Below the pieces are notes generated by a model, which saw nothing but the letters and a program-made list of their open reading frames with translations, had not been told where the DNA came from and did no database searches. A DNA stretch of 64,000 nucleotides from Vicugna vicugna (lineage: Eukaryota). Each line of letters opens with the position of its first letter. The stretch's first letter is position 1. The DNA is taken from NCBI GenBank assembly GCA_013265495.1, contig MU058824.1, forward strand, positions 3,561,111-3,625,110. Reading direction: 5' to 3'. Positions 37,561 through 50,399 of the stretch are shown piece after piece. Made by a program: the position numbers and the translations under genes.

Positions 37561-38429
37561 AAATACCACCCTGCCCTTCTTTAGCTATCCCCTGTGTTCT
37601 GGGAGGTTCAGTAAAAACAAGGGCTATATAAAGAACTGTATTGCATCCTTTATAAAACCTTGGCTTAAACAGTTGTCTATAATGTATCACTCAGTGTTTC
37701 TTTTTTAAGAATTCAAATGACATATTTTCACTGCCAAAAGAAGTTAACTTCTTCAAAAGAAATCATATTCAGCCACTTGCTGACTCATGCTAAAACACTG
37801 TCCTGAGTAGAAACACGGATCCATATGGTCCCTACTCTAAAGGAGTTTATAGGTGTAATACAATGTGTATATAAATAACCATGAAATAAGTTAAAGAGTA
37901 ATGTCGTTCTCTTTAACTAAACAAAAAATCATATAACCCATTATACTTTCTTTGCTTTGGCTGCCAAAGCTGAGAGCTACATTTAGTGCTTAAGACAGTA
38001 ATTATTTCACCTCAGGTTCCTAGAAGAGAGAAATCCATCTGATCTTTTATTTTATGACTTTATATTTAACTGTCCTAGTATAGGATCAAATGAGGCAGTT
38101 TGTTAAAACTACCGTGAAACTTGGAATTCTAGAAACACTTAACGAATAGAAGTCATATTTCTACCCTCTGTTTTCCATAGACATTATATGAGCTCTTAAA
38201 ACCCATACTGGCTTTATAATCTAGAATGTGTTAAATTGGGAAAATGACAAATAAAATGGGGTATGGCTGAGTAAACGGTGTTTTCAAGCGCCAGTGCAAT
38301 GCAAATGTGAGTTTTGTATAGCTTCTTTGTTTCTATAGCTTTGGGGGGAGGTGGTGAAGAGCACTAGATTAACAAAAGTGGTGGCCTGGAAGCACTACCA
38401 TTACTCTGCCCTTTTCACATCCCATGCAT

Positions 38430-38700
38430 GGTAATTTGCTAGTGCCTCTGCAGTGATATCTGCCAAATCTTTAAGTGCCCTACGATGCATGTCATTGGGA
38501 CCTGCTGACTTTAACACATTCAACTTTTTCAAGTAATGCTGGACAGCTTGATTCTCCAGACAATTTTGGCTTCCCTCCCACTCACTCAGAATTTCTAGAC
38601 AAAAAGCAATTGTGTTACCTCATAAGCTGTGTTTTCGACGGACATAAATAAAACAGCAGAGAAAGACTTAAATCTATCTATTCTTAGCTTTCCTTTTTAA
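38430..38700 (-). mobile_element. Ancient CR1/L3 LINE ORF2 fragment
   Basis: 38556-38431 translates ENQAVQHYLKKLNVLKSAGPNDMHRRALKDLADITAEALANY, matching the CR1 pre-RT motif LxKLxxxKSxGPDxxHPRVLKELADxIAEPL. Confidence 0.8.
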
Positions 38701-39730
38701 TAATGGTCTAATATTTTTATTTTCTCCTGATGGCAATACAACAAATCCTTAATCATTCAAGTGGGGTCTGTTCTCCAAATATGGAAATCCAGAACATTAT
38801 AACATGCTAATAAAGGAAGGAGAAGGTAGTAGGGCACCTCTTGTCCCTTTTTCTCTTTGATCCTGTTCTTCCCACTTCAAGCCAAGGAATGGCTAGGAAT
38901 CCAATGTAGTGTAAAAATAATATGATGCTCTAAAGAGACCAGTGGATAGAATTGTCCCTCTCCCCTTCAGCTAGATGAACTAAACAAGTCAGCTTCTCTG
39001 GACTGTTGTTGTTTTTTCCACGTATAAAATAAAGAAAGTAAGCTAGAGCATCACTAATACCTCTTCAGTTAAAAAATGCAATTGTTACAAAAGAACGCAA
39101 TGATACTCTTATCCTCCATTGCCGCTTCTAATACCCATTAGAGTTGGCCTTCCTTCCACTGGCCTTCCCATACATTCAAATAAAATTAAAATTCCTATTC
39201 ATAATCTAATAAAGAGTAACTCACACAAGGTCCAAATGAGACTTAGTATCATAGGATATTTGCATTTTTAAAAAGACCAGTTAAGCCACATGTATTCCTA
39301 ATGAGCAGAACTTGGTGGTAGGTGCAGTAAGAGGGGGAGGGAAGGAAAAACATATATCTTTGAGCAGAGGGTGTCCCAAAGGTCTACTTATCCTACCTTG
39401 TTGTTCCTCAGTTACATTTCCAACTCCATTTTCCACAAAGCATAACAACTTTCAAAAACAATTATAAACACTCTCCAATTTCTTACCTGACTGCTAATTC
39501 TTTCCTTTTGATTTGGCTCCGCTTCTATCCTTACCACTTCTAAGAGGTAAAACAGCCAGTATTGCAGGATTTAGTATTATAGCTGCACATTAGCTGTAAC
39601 TTCGTCATCTTAGAACCTAACACACACAATCGCTGGAAGAATAATGGCAAGAGGAAGCACATGGAGCGGGGAATGGAAACGATCAAGAAGAGCTAGGATG
39701 GCTGCTTTTTAAGATTTATTATGGGGAAGG

Positions 39731-40054
39731 AATTTGGTGGAAAGAACAAAAAGTAATAAATGAAGGAGAAAGCAAGGAGTCAGCTCTAATGCAATAGTGA
39801 ATGTGGAAATGAAGTAGAAAATTGAGGCCTGGATACAGCTGGGAAGTTATCTGCTTTGTTTTGGAATTTGTTTTGGAGTTTGTTTTGGTTTTTTAAATTT
39901 GGTGGACAAAAAGTAATAAATGAAGGAGAAAGCAAGGAGTCAGCTCTAATGCAATAGTGAATGTGGAAATGAAGTAGAAAATTGAGGCCTGGATACAGCT
40001 GGGAAGTTATCTGCTTTGTTTTGGAATTTGTTTTGGAGTTTGTTTTGGTTTTTT
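39731..40054. repeat. ~160-bp tandem duplication
   Basis: 39746-39894 is identical to 39906-40054 (149 bp); both are preceded by aatttggtgga, with a 5-bp indel between copies. Confidence 0.97.
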
Positions 40055-41037
40055 TGTTTCTTTTATTTTACTTTTTTAAAATGCTATTCAGTGAAGAATG
40101 GAAAAAGAAGTTGAAGACAATAACGGCAGAAGTGAAAATGGAGAAGAAAACAGAGAGAGAAAAGATGATGGACAGAAATGGAATCAGAAAAACAGAACAG
40201 AGAAAAAGAGAGGATTAAGAATGGGAGGCAAGAAGAAGAGACTATACAACCCAGTCAGACAGAGAATATAAAGGATTTTATAATGGTAATGCACAGACGG
40301 GAGAGCAGAAATGGGAGCAGAGTAAAGAAAGAAAAAGAAAATGAGTAAAAACCAAGAATGAGAGAGAACAGCAAAAACAAAAGTAAGAGAAATCAGAGCC
40401 AGCGGGCTTACAAACCAGTAGCATGTGTCTTTTTGTTTTGCTTTCTGTTTGTTCTTTTAAATAGGAACACAAAGTGGCAAGAGATCATGATAAAGAACAG
40501 CACCATCTGGGGCATGTTTTGATTGGCCTCTTAATGTACTGCAAGAAACAGAACCCCAAAAAGAGAATGCGGGTGGAAAGGAGGGAGTGAGGCCAATGTG
40601 ACAGCAACAGGAAGCAACAGAAAATGAGCCCAGTGGGTAGACAGCTATAGGATACAAGTGGTAAGCAGGAAGTTTCAGGCTACTCTAAGCACACGACAGG
40701 CAAAAGAATTTCGTAAAGCAAGAAAACTAAGACAAACACAACGAGAGGTAATCATCAATTCAATGTAAAAAAAAAAGGGGGGGGTCTTTGATGCCTCTTG
40801 CTTCACCCTATCACCTGTCCTATCTAATACCCCATACTCAGGTTTTACTTAAGTCTTCCTCACTTACCTTTCAAATTTATTTCCTTTCTCCCCACTCCCT
40901 GAGATACTGTGCTAGTCACTACAGAGTATGAAAAGTTTGAGCTGGCTCTGCCATCAGGAGCTCCCAATTACACAGAGGAGTGGGATAAACACAAATTACT
41001 TACAATATGCCTTTTGTGAGTACCTCAATTGAAAATA

Positions 41038-41172
41038 CAGTCGTTCCTCCATACCTGTGGGTTTGGTGCAGCCACAAACATGGAGGACCGACTACGAGAC
41101 TTGAGCATCCAGAGCTTTTGGCATCCATGGCGGGCTCTAGAACCGATACCCTGCAGATACCAGAGATGACTG
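41038..41172. mobile_element. Short MER2/Tigger-type MITE within L2 sequence
   Basis: TA-CAGTCGTTCCTC...GAGATGACTG termini; gacttgagcatcc is the reverse of the MER2 ggatgctcaagtc motif. Confidence 0.75.
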
Positions 41173-43849
41173 TCATCTTTCCTGCAACTGAATGCTCTCT
41201 CTCTATGGCACCTATCACTTTCTACCTTGTACCACAGTTATCCCTTTAATACTGTAAACTCTTTAAAGGATCAGAATTTCTCTTTTCTGACTAATTTTTG
41301 TACTCAACTGAATCTAGCACAATGTCTTATATGTAATACATGTTCAACAGTGCTGTGATTTCTAACTTGGACTGTGGGGGCCTCATAGAGAAGACAATAT
41401 TCAGCAAGATCCTAAAAAATGAGATTAAAATGCAGAGATATGGGGGCACATCACTGCAAAGGAACATAAAGTAGGCTGAAGGGAAGAAACAATAAGTTAA
41501 TTCTGTGACAGGGCCAATAAGAAAAAGATGAGACTGGCTAACATGTGGAACAGAAAAAGGAAGACAGAAACCACTAGGCTGATATACTGGATTTGATGTA
41601 AAATGCATTTACAGTTAAAACTCTTTTTTAGACAAAAATTTTATCTTAGAAAGAGTAATGCCACCGTAACACTATGCGAAAAGAGAAAATGAAATGATTT
41701 AATCTATAGAAAATTTACCAAAGAGGTGATATTTGAGCTGGGTCTCATAAAATGACCAGAAGCTTCTCTGACGAAAAGCTCTTCAGGACGATGAAATTAA
41801 ATGAGGAATAGTATGATAACATAAAAGGGCGTAACAGGTTCTGGGACTAGTGAGAAGTCCAGAGTGGCTGGAGAACAGAGTATTCACAGGAAAGAGATAT
41901 AAGACTTGAAAGACAGACTAAGGCTGTATTATGAGAGATACAGATTCTCATATGATTACACACTTCATAATTTTCAGGGAAAAAAGCCCCCATATTGCCT
42001 ACGCAGAGTCATATCATCAAGTGATGGGTGTGATTCAACAATGATTCATGATGGTAGTGTCAACATCTCTGTTCACATATTCAGTGAGACACTACCTAGA
42101 ATAGATAGTCTCCACAATCCCACTTCAGAACATTTGGCTGCTATGCCAAAGAGACAATTAGCTCTAGTTGTCAAGGATCCAGATCTCACAGATTAGATAC
42201 CTGGAAATTTTCTGAACAAACAGCAAGCCCAGAATAGCAGAATTGCTATTTTGACTTCCCAAACAGAGATGACTACTGGGAGGGAAGTAAAAGCATTCAT
42301 TTATAGGATGAATTGTTTTAAATTGTTAAAGCAAGATACATAACTATGAATTCTTCTGAGTCTTGCACACCTAATGACAAGTCTACATCTCTGAATTCAT
42401 GATATTGGGAGGAGTGGTATTTTTGTTTTATGAAAATGTTCATTATGCCTTTCTTCCTAAACCACACTCTATCAGTTCTCACAAGTTAGCATCAAGTGCT
42501 TTAAATAACAACACTTTCAATAATGTGAACTCTGTTCTGTTGTACTTTACTATAACTTCCTGTGTCTTTGACATATTCAAGAAGTGAAACTCATGCATAG
42601 CATGTTTATATTATTCTCTCCTTAGCGAAAGCTCACAGACAATGTCAGGTCTGGAGAGATAAGAGCTGCTTCCAGGACATGAATTCTCATGAGGATTAGG
42701 CAACCACCATCTGGGGCTCTAGAGTTTATCTGCAGCAGCTGCCTTCAAAGTATCATATTAGAAGGGGAAAAAAAAGTCTAATTCTAAAGTGTTTAACAAC
42801 TTGCTCTACCTTAGTTTTGATAATTGTTCTGGATTGCTTTTTTCCCCTCCCTTATAAGAATAAAATAAAAGAGTGACCTACTCTTAATAAAATATAACCA
42901 ATTTAAAACAGTGTTATATACTCAAATAACAAGCATATCATGCCGTCAAATTTTCTTAACTAACATGTTACAATATTTAATAATTACCCAGTCATTTAAT
43001 AATTACCCAACAATTACCTAATATCATTAATAAGAGCTTTGTCCTTCAAACAAAGTGGATACTACAAATTTTAAAATTTCTACTTAGACAAAAAGACTAT
43101 ACAGATTTTGTTTTAGCCATTTAACAACATCCCAGATTATTTTGGGAGGATTTTTAATGTTTCCAAATGCAATAAAATAATCATAACATTACATTTTATT
43201 AAATAGAAGGTAAATATAATATTTATAAATCAAATATTTACATAAAAGAATAGGGAGCTCAAAAATGAGCACACTAGGGGAAGAAGTTACTCAATTTTAA
43301 ATAGTAACCAGCTAAAATTAATATATTTAACTTTCATAGTGCTGAAACTGGTCATAATGAAATAAAGACCCAGACATCAAAGAAAAACATAATAGAATAT
43401 GTGAAACAAAATATTTTCTATAAGGTATGAGTTCTCCTTTTAGAAGTCTCAAAATCACTACACCACTAAAATATGCCTGTTTCTTAAAATAAGTCTCTTT
43501 TCAATCAAATATTCTTTTACCTGCTACAGAATAATAAGTTACATTTGTTAATTTGAATATCCTTTGGCAAAGGACTTCTTAAATTAAGCAGACAGTATTA
43601 TAGTCTATGAGAGATCTGGCAAACTGCCTGCTTCTATAGATAAAATTCCATTCTAATAAATAGCTTTGTAAAGAAGAATGATTTATTTCTTCACTGTTCA
43701 TTCAAAATATATAACAAACCTATTTCATAGTGGACAGTGTGACACAGAGACACAAAAGGCAGAAGTTTGGATGTGCCAAAATCTAAAAATAGGTGGATTA
43801 CATGATTTCTGAGATATTGTCCATAAATCTACATATACTTACATCTTCA

Positions 43850-44420
43850 AGCTTGAAGCAAACATTCTAGTCCTATTTCTTGAAGTACCTTTGATTCAAA
43901 TTCTTCACTCGAATATATGGATAACTCAGATTCAGCACATTTAAAACTAAACTCACAATCTTACATCTAAACTGGCTCTTTCTCCAAACCTCCCTATTTC
44001 TGTCAGTGGTAGAATCATTTTAAAAATCACCCAATCGTGCAATCAAAACTCTCACTCCTCTCTTCACCAACCCTTTTATCAAGTTACCAAGTTCTGTTGA
44101 TTCTTATTTCAAAATTATTTGGCAATCTTATCTGGTCTCTCTATGCCAGATTCTCCAGGATTCAAACTCAGTTACTTCTTTCTCCATGCAACATCGCATA
44201 TTTGTGCCGTAAGAGTCACTGTCCCATTTGCTGAACTGCTACCTTAGACACAAAACACACTGGTTTACATGATCACATCACAAATATTACTTCTTGGTTG
44301 TATTCTTCATATATCTGAAGGAGATGGGAAGAGAATAAACAATGTAATTGTGTTATATGTTTTCTACAGTGCCTATAGTGGCTTATAATACAACAGATAT
44401 TTGTTGACTGAATTTTTCAA
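43850..44420 (+). mobile_element. L2 fragments
   Basis: ctcagattcagcacatttaaaactaaactc...ccctatttctgtcagtgg...gatatttgttgactgaat tail. Confidence 0.6.
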
Positions 44421-44595
44421 CAAAATCATATAGGCATTTAGATATGCAATGTAGTGTGCTTCATAAGGGCTTTCCCTTTACAAAAGATATCAGAATCCAA
44501 AAAATTGAGCTCTAGTTCTGCAATACCTAAGTGAGAGTAGGCAGTGACTGTGCTCTAATGACATATAGAAATATCCTTTGGATACAGAATCAACC

Positions 44596-44597
44596 TA

Positions 44598-44633
<36 letters not shown>

Positions 44634-44636
44634 TAT
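44596..44636. repeat. (TCTG)n(TCTA)n compound microsatellite
   Basis: ctatctgtctgtctgtctgtctatctatctatctatctata. Confidence 0.9.
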
Positions 44637-47419
44637 CTGTAACTGCTTGTAATATAATACTAGGTATTCTTTTATACGTGGGGTTTTTCTCTTATATTCC
44701 TTGTATTTGTTAGAGATTCAATTTGTTACTCAAGCTGTGGATTTATGGGATTTACATCCTTATAACTAATTCCAGCATAATTTCACACAGAAGCCTTCTT
44801 GAAGTTAACTAGGACAACACCCAAAATAAATCTTCCCTTTGAGAAGAATAAATGCTCCGTGAAAGTAATAAATACATCATTTAAACTTAAAGCATGTCTG
44901 TGCAAACTCAAGCTCCACCCGAATCCTCCAAATACCTCGAGTCTATTAGTCTAACCCCACACACTCTCATTATTTTTTGACATGTATTTCCTAAGTACCA
45001 TTACTCCAGATAGTTCAATTCTCTATACCAAATCCCATTTTCACCCTGCTTTCTTCTACCTATATGATCTAAGATTCTTGCTTTTAAGTTACAAGGCTCT
45101 TTCTATTTCATTCCACACTACTGTCTTACTAAGTAGGTTCTAAAATCTCTCATCGGACCTCGTATTAGCTCCTAAATCATGGTGGAATTATGTATTACAA
45201 ATGGAGTTCTCACCATTATCTAACTTTCTATTAAAAGTACTGACCCAACAAAACAAGAGTAATACTCCCCTATACATTCAAATGCCACTATGGTACAAGT
45301 GATAAATACAGACAGAGTAGCATTTGTGCAATTTTTAGAGCCTGTCCTCAATATATACACATTCATATGAAAACTTAACACCAAGTACAAAATCAGAGTG
45401 CTTACTTGTGTGGTGTAAGCAAGTAAGTGCCAGAAGAGTTCAAAGAGCAGTATTAATGTCTAAGTGTGGTTCTAAAAATCATAATGAAAAGCAGAAAGGA
45501 GCTAGGCATTCAATTCAATCTTACATTTTAAAGATGAAGAAAATCAGATGACAAAGTTCACATGGAAAAAGCTTCAATGGAGGAGATGAGATTTCAGGTA
45601 AACTTTGATAGATTTGGACTGACTAGGAAAGAGGGAGAAGGAAATTCCTGAGGGTAGAGGAAAGTAAAAGGATAGAAGCAATTTGACTTAACAAACATTT
45701 ATGAGAAGAAAGAATTAATATCTATATGTAGGCATATCTATGTACAGGTACTGTGCTAAGTACATTTTACAGGTTCTCATTCACTCCAAATAAATAACCT
45801 TTGTACTATAATCTCTATTTTTGAAAGCAGAGAAACTTTGAGGCTCACTGTGTCAAAATTGAAACAGAAACCCCTGGTCTATCTCAATCCCATACACTTT
45901 CTACATTCTTTCTGCCATGCTACATTTCTCCACCTATTTTTAATACAACACTCAATATCTCTTCCATCTGTAAAACTTTCTTAAGCTGCATTTGACCCCT
46001 CAAAAATAATTCGACTTTCATGCCTTATCACTACCATCCTTCTAAAGTCAGGCTCTCAAAAATAAACAGAAGCTACCAACCCAAGGTAAGTTAATTTTGG
46101 TACTTGTACATGAAACTATCAATCTCTTTTTAAGAATAGACTGGTTTTGTTACCACACTCTCGTTCCTATTTATTGGGTTACTATCTAGCTAATATTGCT
46201 TCTACTGATGTAAACTAAAATGTATCCTTAAACTGTCACAAATAAATGTGTGTCCTCCAGAAAAGCAGAAATCCAGTATGACATGCCTAGGAAATATCTG
46301 GCACCAAAAGGTACGAAGTTACCTAGGTGTCTCTCTGGCAAACATACAGTTGTTACTCAGATCAGTGCCTCCTATGAAACAACTCAGCCGCGGGCCCATC
46401 CTCAGCAAAGAATGAAGTAGTTAGTTATCTTCTACTTACCATAAAAGCCAGGTATATACCTACCAAGAAAAAAGAAGCATATCTTAGCAATAGGAATAAA
46501 AAAGAAAAGTAGTAGGGAGGAGTAGGAAGGAGGGAAGAATTGTTTTGGACGGCTAGGGAGTTAGAGATACAGGTATTAATAGTCTTTAACTTGTACCAGT
46601 AATTTGTAAAATAGGCTTTGAAAACTAGAGGCTGCCTCTATGTACATATTGTTCCTTGGTCTAAACCTAAGAGAAGATAAATGTGTAATACAGATTCTAA
46701 GGTTTAGGCTGACCCTAGGAATATAGATAAACCTTCTTAAATGTCATTTACGAATGTGTCTGAGTACCTGATTCACAAATGGCTTGAAAGGTAAGAAGGC
46801 TACCTCGAAAGGCTGAGAGAGAAAGGAACATTCTGCCGGTGGAGGGGGGAAGCAGGAAGAAGCAAGGAAGCTGGAAAATAAGAAAATCTGGAGAGACAAC
46901 GAGTGCTTTGGTTGATGAGGTGGAAACCAGAAAGTCTTAAATGCCAGTGTAAGGAATAGGAAATTAGTAAGATGGATTTGTACCATGGAGAAACCGGGCA
47001 AGAAGACTGCAAAACTTAAGCAAACAACTCTTACTAAGTGCTGTATGCCAGCTATTTTGCTATATAACAAAGAAACCAAGATTTCTGACAGTCCCTATAT
47101 TCAAGAATTCAAAATGTAGTGAGGCTAATATGCATAATCCCATTATGTAACTATCATAAAATTTGATACAACAGCAACATGTGTCAAGTGCTAAATAGTA
47201 ATACAAAAATAATTATTTGGTGGGTGAGATGGGAAATGATCTCACAAAGGAGATACATTTGAGCCATGCCTCGAAAGGCAAATACAATTTTCTGAGGCAG
47301 AGATGGGGATAGTAAGAGAATTAACTGGGCCCAACTTGGAGAGATCCAAGGAGGTTAGAAGGAAAGAAACAGATATGAAGCTCGCAGTAAATTATGCATT
47401 CTAAAAAAGAGAAAATAAG

Positions 47420-48085
47420 TAAGAGCCAGAAATTTCATTCCTAGATACATACTAAAAAGAATTTAAAAGATAAGTCCATGGGAAACTTGTACACAAATGT
47501 TCATAGCAGCATTATTCCTAATAACCAAAAAGTGAAAACAACCCAGCTGATGAATGGTTAAACAAAATGTGGTATAGCCACACAATAAAATATTACTCAG
47601 CCATTAAAAGGCATTAAGTTCTGATACATGTGACTACAACATGGATGAGGCTTGAAAACATGGCTCGAAAGAAGCCAGTCACAAAGAATCACATACTGTA
47701 TAATTCTGTTTATATGAAATGTCCACAATAGCCAAGTCTATAGAGACAGAAAGTAGATCAGTGGTTGCCTTGGGCTGAGAGTTTTGGGAATTCTGAGGGA
47801 GTGATGTTAATGGGCACAGACTCCTTTTTTGGAGTGATGAAACTGTTTTAGTATTAATTACGGTGATGGTCACACAACTCTGTGAATAGGCTAAAAACCA
47901 CTGAATTGTACACTTCTAAAAAATTTGTTCTCAATGGAAGTACTGGGGATTGAACCCAGGACCTCGTGCATGCTAAGCATGAACTCCAGCACTGAGCTAT
48001 TTCCCTCCCTGGCCCCGAGATGTACACTTTAAGTGGGTGAATTATATAGTATGTGAATTATATCTCAATAAATCTGTCATTAAAA
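47420..48085 (+). mobile_element. L1MB-like 3' end interrupted by a SINE
   Basis: acttgtacacaaatgttcatagcagcattatt...acaacatggatgaggcttgaaaaca...gaaagtagatcagtggttgcc...gtatgtgaattatatctcaataaa. Confidence 0.9.
47920..48016 (-). mobile_element. tRNA-Ala-derived SINE (camelid vic-1-like), antisense
   Basis: Reverse complement tagctcagtgctggagttcatgcttagcatgcacgaggtcctgggttcaatccccagtacttcca; TSD core TGTACACTT at 47907-47915 and 48021-48029. Confidence 0.9.
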
Positions 48086-50399
48086 AACTTTACTGCAAAG
48101 TGTAAAAAGGTTCACTACCACTCCCCACACACATACACACAGACACACATAGGGGTAGTTCTGTGAGGGAAACTTAACAAAGAGGTTTGGAGGTAAGCTA
48201 AACAGTCAACCTATGGCTTTGAAGGTACGGACTGAAACCAGAATTTGTTTCTTTTTCTGTCTTAGTAGATATCCATCCATCTCAGTACAGTTCAACTCTG
48301 TACTAGGCATACAGTGAATGCTCAATAAACACTGGTTAATTGGTAGTACATATAAAATGTTATATGAAACAAGGGACAAATCCAACAGCATAAATAGATA
48401 GGCGGCAATAAGCACAAAGTTTAAAAAGTTACTAGATTTTTCTTCAGTTGACAGATATTGGCAGACTACAGTACAGGTGCATATATGCAGGTAGCTTATA
48501 TAAGTGGGGAAGTCCCTTTTATCCAATCATTTAAACAAATAAAAAAAACCATTTTATATAACATGGGATAATTATTCTTGAGATGAAATATGACTTTCTC
48601 AACACCAATTTTTGGTCTGTTAGATTTCAAAATGAAGTAAGTTTTTCTATTATATGAGAATAACTACAGTTGATAAAAGTAATTTTTTTAAAATGCCTGA
48701 CTGACATAGTACAAAAGTATAACAGTAACCATCAGAAACTTCTGAAGTTACAAGTTCTTTCTGAAGCCACCCCACTTACTAATTATCAAATCACTTTCTC
48801 TATTAGAATGTATTTTTCTGACTTAAAAATCTGTTTCGTTTTGTTTTTAATTTGAGCAACACAAAGACATAGCTTTCAATTCATGGTTAAACATAAAATA
48901 AGAACTGTGAATTGAAAAACAATTTCACTTTCATTGAAATTAATTCAGTGGCTGATTCAAAAGCATATGTTCATCAATACAAGTAAATTTTCATTTCTAA
49001 AAGTTTCTATTTGAGGCTAAAATCCTAAAATAGCCCCAAAGTTGCACCACAATTCAGCTGCTAAGGAAAAGCTAAGTAATGCTTCCCATGACTAAATGGA
49101 TTAATTCTTTAGCCCAAACACAATTACTGTTCTCCACACTGTTCCATTGAACATCTAAATAAGCATCCCAAAGCTTATTTCATTCAAAGAAAAGATCTGG
49201 ACCAAAGAATAATCCCAATGTATGAAGTTTACATTTTGTGTAAAGTTTTTTTTAAAAAGGGAAAAATCCATACGTGGTAATCAGGAAAAGAAATGAGTCA
49301 TTTTAGACAGGTGTAGGGGATGACATCTATTGACTAGCAGATATCTTTGTTGAAGGAGTGCTGTGCAGATTCCAGTAGATGTCTTTTTCGCAAACCAACT
49401 AATTTTTCTTACTTAGTTCCTGAATCTAGACTTTTCCATAGCGGACACACACATTAGCAGTGAGAAGAATAATTCTTTGAAAAACAGCCTGTTGCATGGG
49501 GAAAAAGTATACATTTCTTTGGATTCCTTTTCTTTCTTTAAAAATGAACAGTACTCTCTTATGGCCATGCTTATTAAACATTTTATTCGCCAATATATTT
49601 TTAAATTTCAAATATATATACCTGATCTAGTAGTGGGGTCAGTGAATGCAAAGTGGGAAAAATAGTCAAACATGTAGCTGTATTCAAATAATGCTCTATG
49701 ACTTCAGGAATAACATGAAAGAAAACAAATTAACAGTTATTAATTTCAGATCAGGATTCTCTGACAAGCCATCTGATTATGGGATGGGCTGCCTTCTTAA
49801 TATTTGCTATTACTGAGATGTTTACACAAGGACTAGGTGATCATGCCCACTGTGTTGGAGAAAGAAAGAACACCTATATGAGGGATTTTGGACTGGGTAA
49901 CCTGTAGTTTCTTCTTTTTTGGTAGAGTTTCTTCTGTCTTAAGACTGGTCATTCAATTTCCACTCCTTTTTATCTATGGCTGTGAAATTATAGCTGTTTT
50001 TCCACCTGCTTAATGTCTCTTGGGAGACTTCTATTGTCAAATTACTGTTGCAACATCAGTTGCTAAAAGAATTTTTAGCTCTTTTGCATTTAACTAAAGG
50101 ATTATTTACTATTAGGTGGTTTTCTACAGCTCTGTCCCAAAGGGCTTTCACTAACAATGCAAATGTATTTCCACAAGATCAAGCTATTTGAGCTTTGGTC
50201 TCCTAATGAAGGCTGAATTAATGGCAGAGCTTCCCTGCATTACTGGAAACTAGACCACTGCAAGTGGACAGGTAGAGCAGTCTGTATAAGCTTTATGTCA
50301 TGGAGTTTTCAGGTTTTCTTCCTTAGGGCAGAAATGAAAATATTGAATTCCTACCGAGTTTTGATTGGTGTTTGGGTTTATCAACAGGGGGTTTAAAAG

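Noticed and set aside
39731..40054. CRISPR-like or satellite array
   Set aside because: Only two units with no unique spacers, in eukaryotic context; the same applies to 948-1004 and 10667-10718
46386..46400. CpG cluster as a CpG-island promoter
   Set aside because: Only about 10 bp (gccgcgggccc); surrounding DNA is CpG-depleted
49833..49952. Small minus ORF MTSLKTEETLPKKKKLQ...
   Set aside because: 39 aa, weak Kozak context (T at -3, A at +4), no recognisable homology
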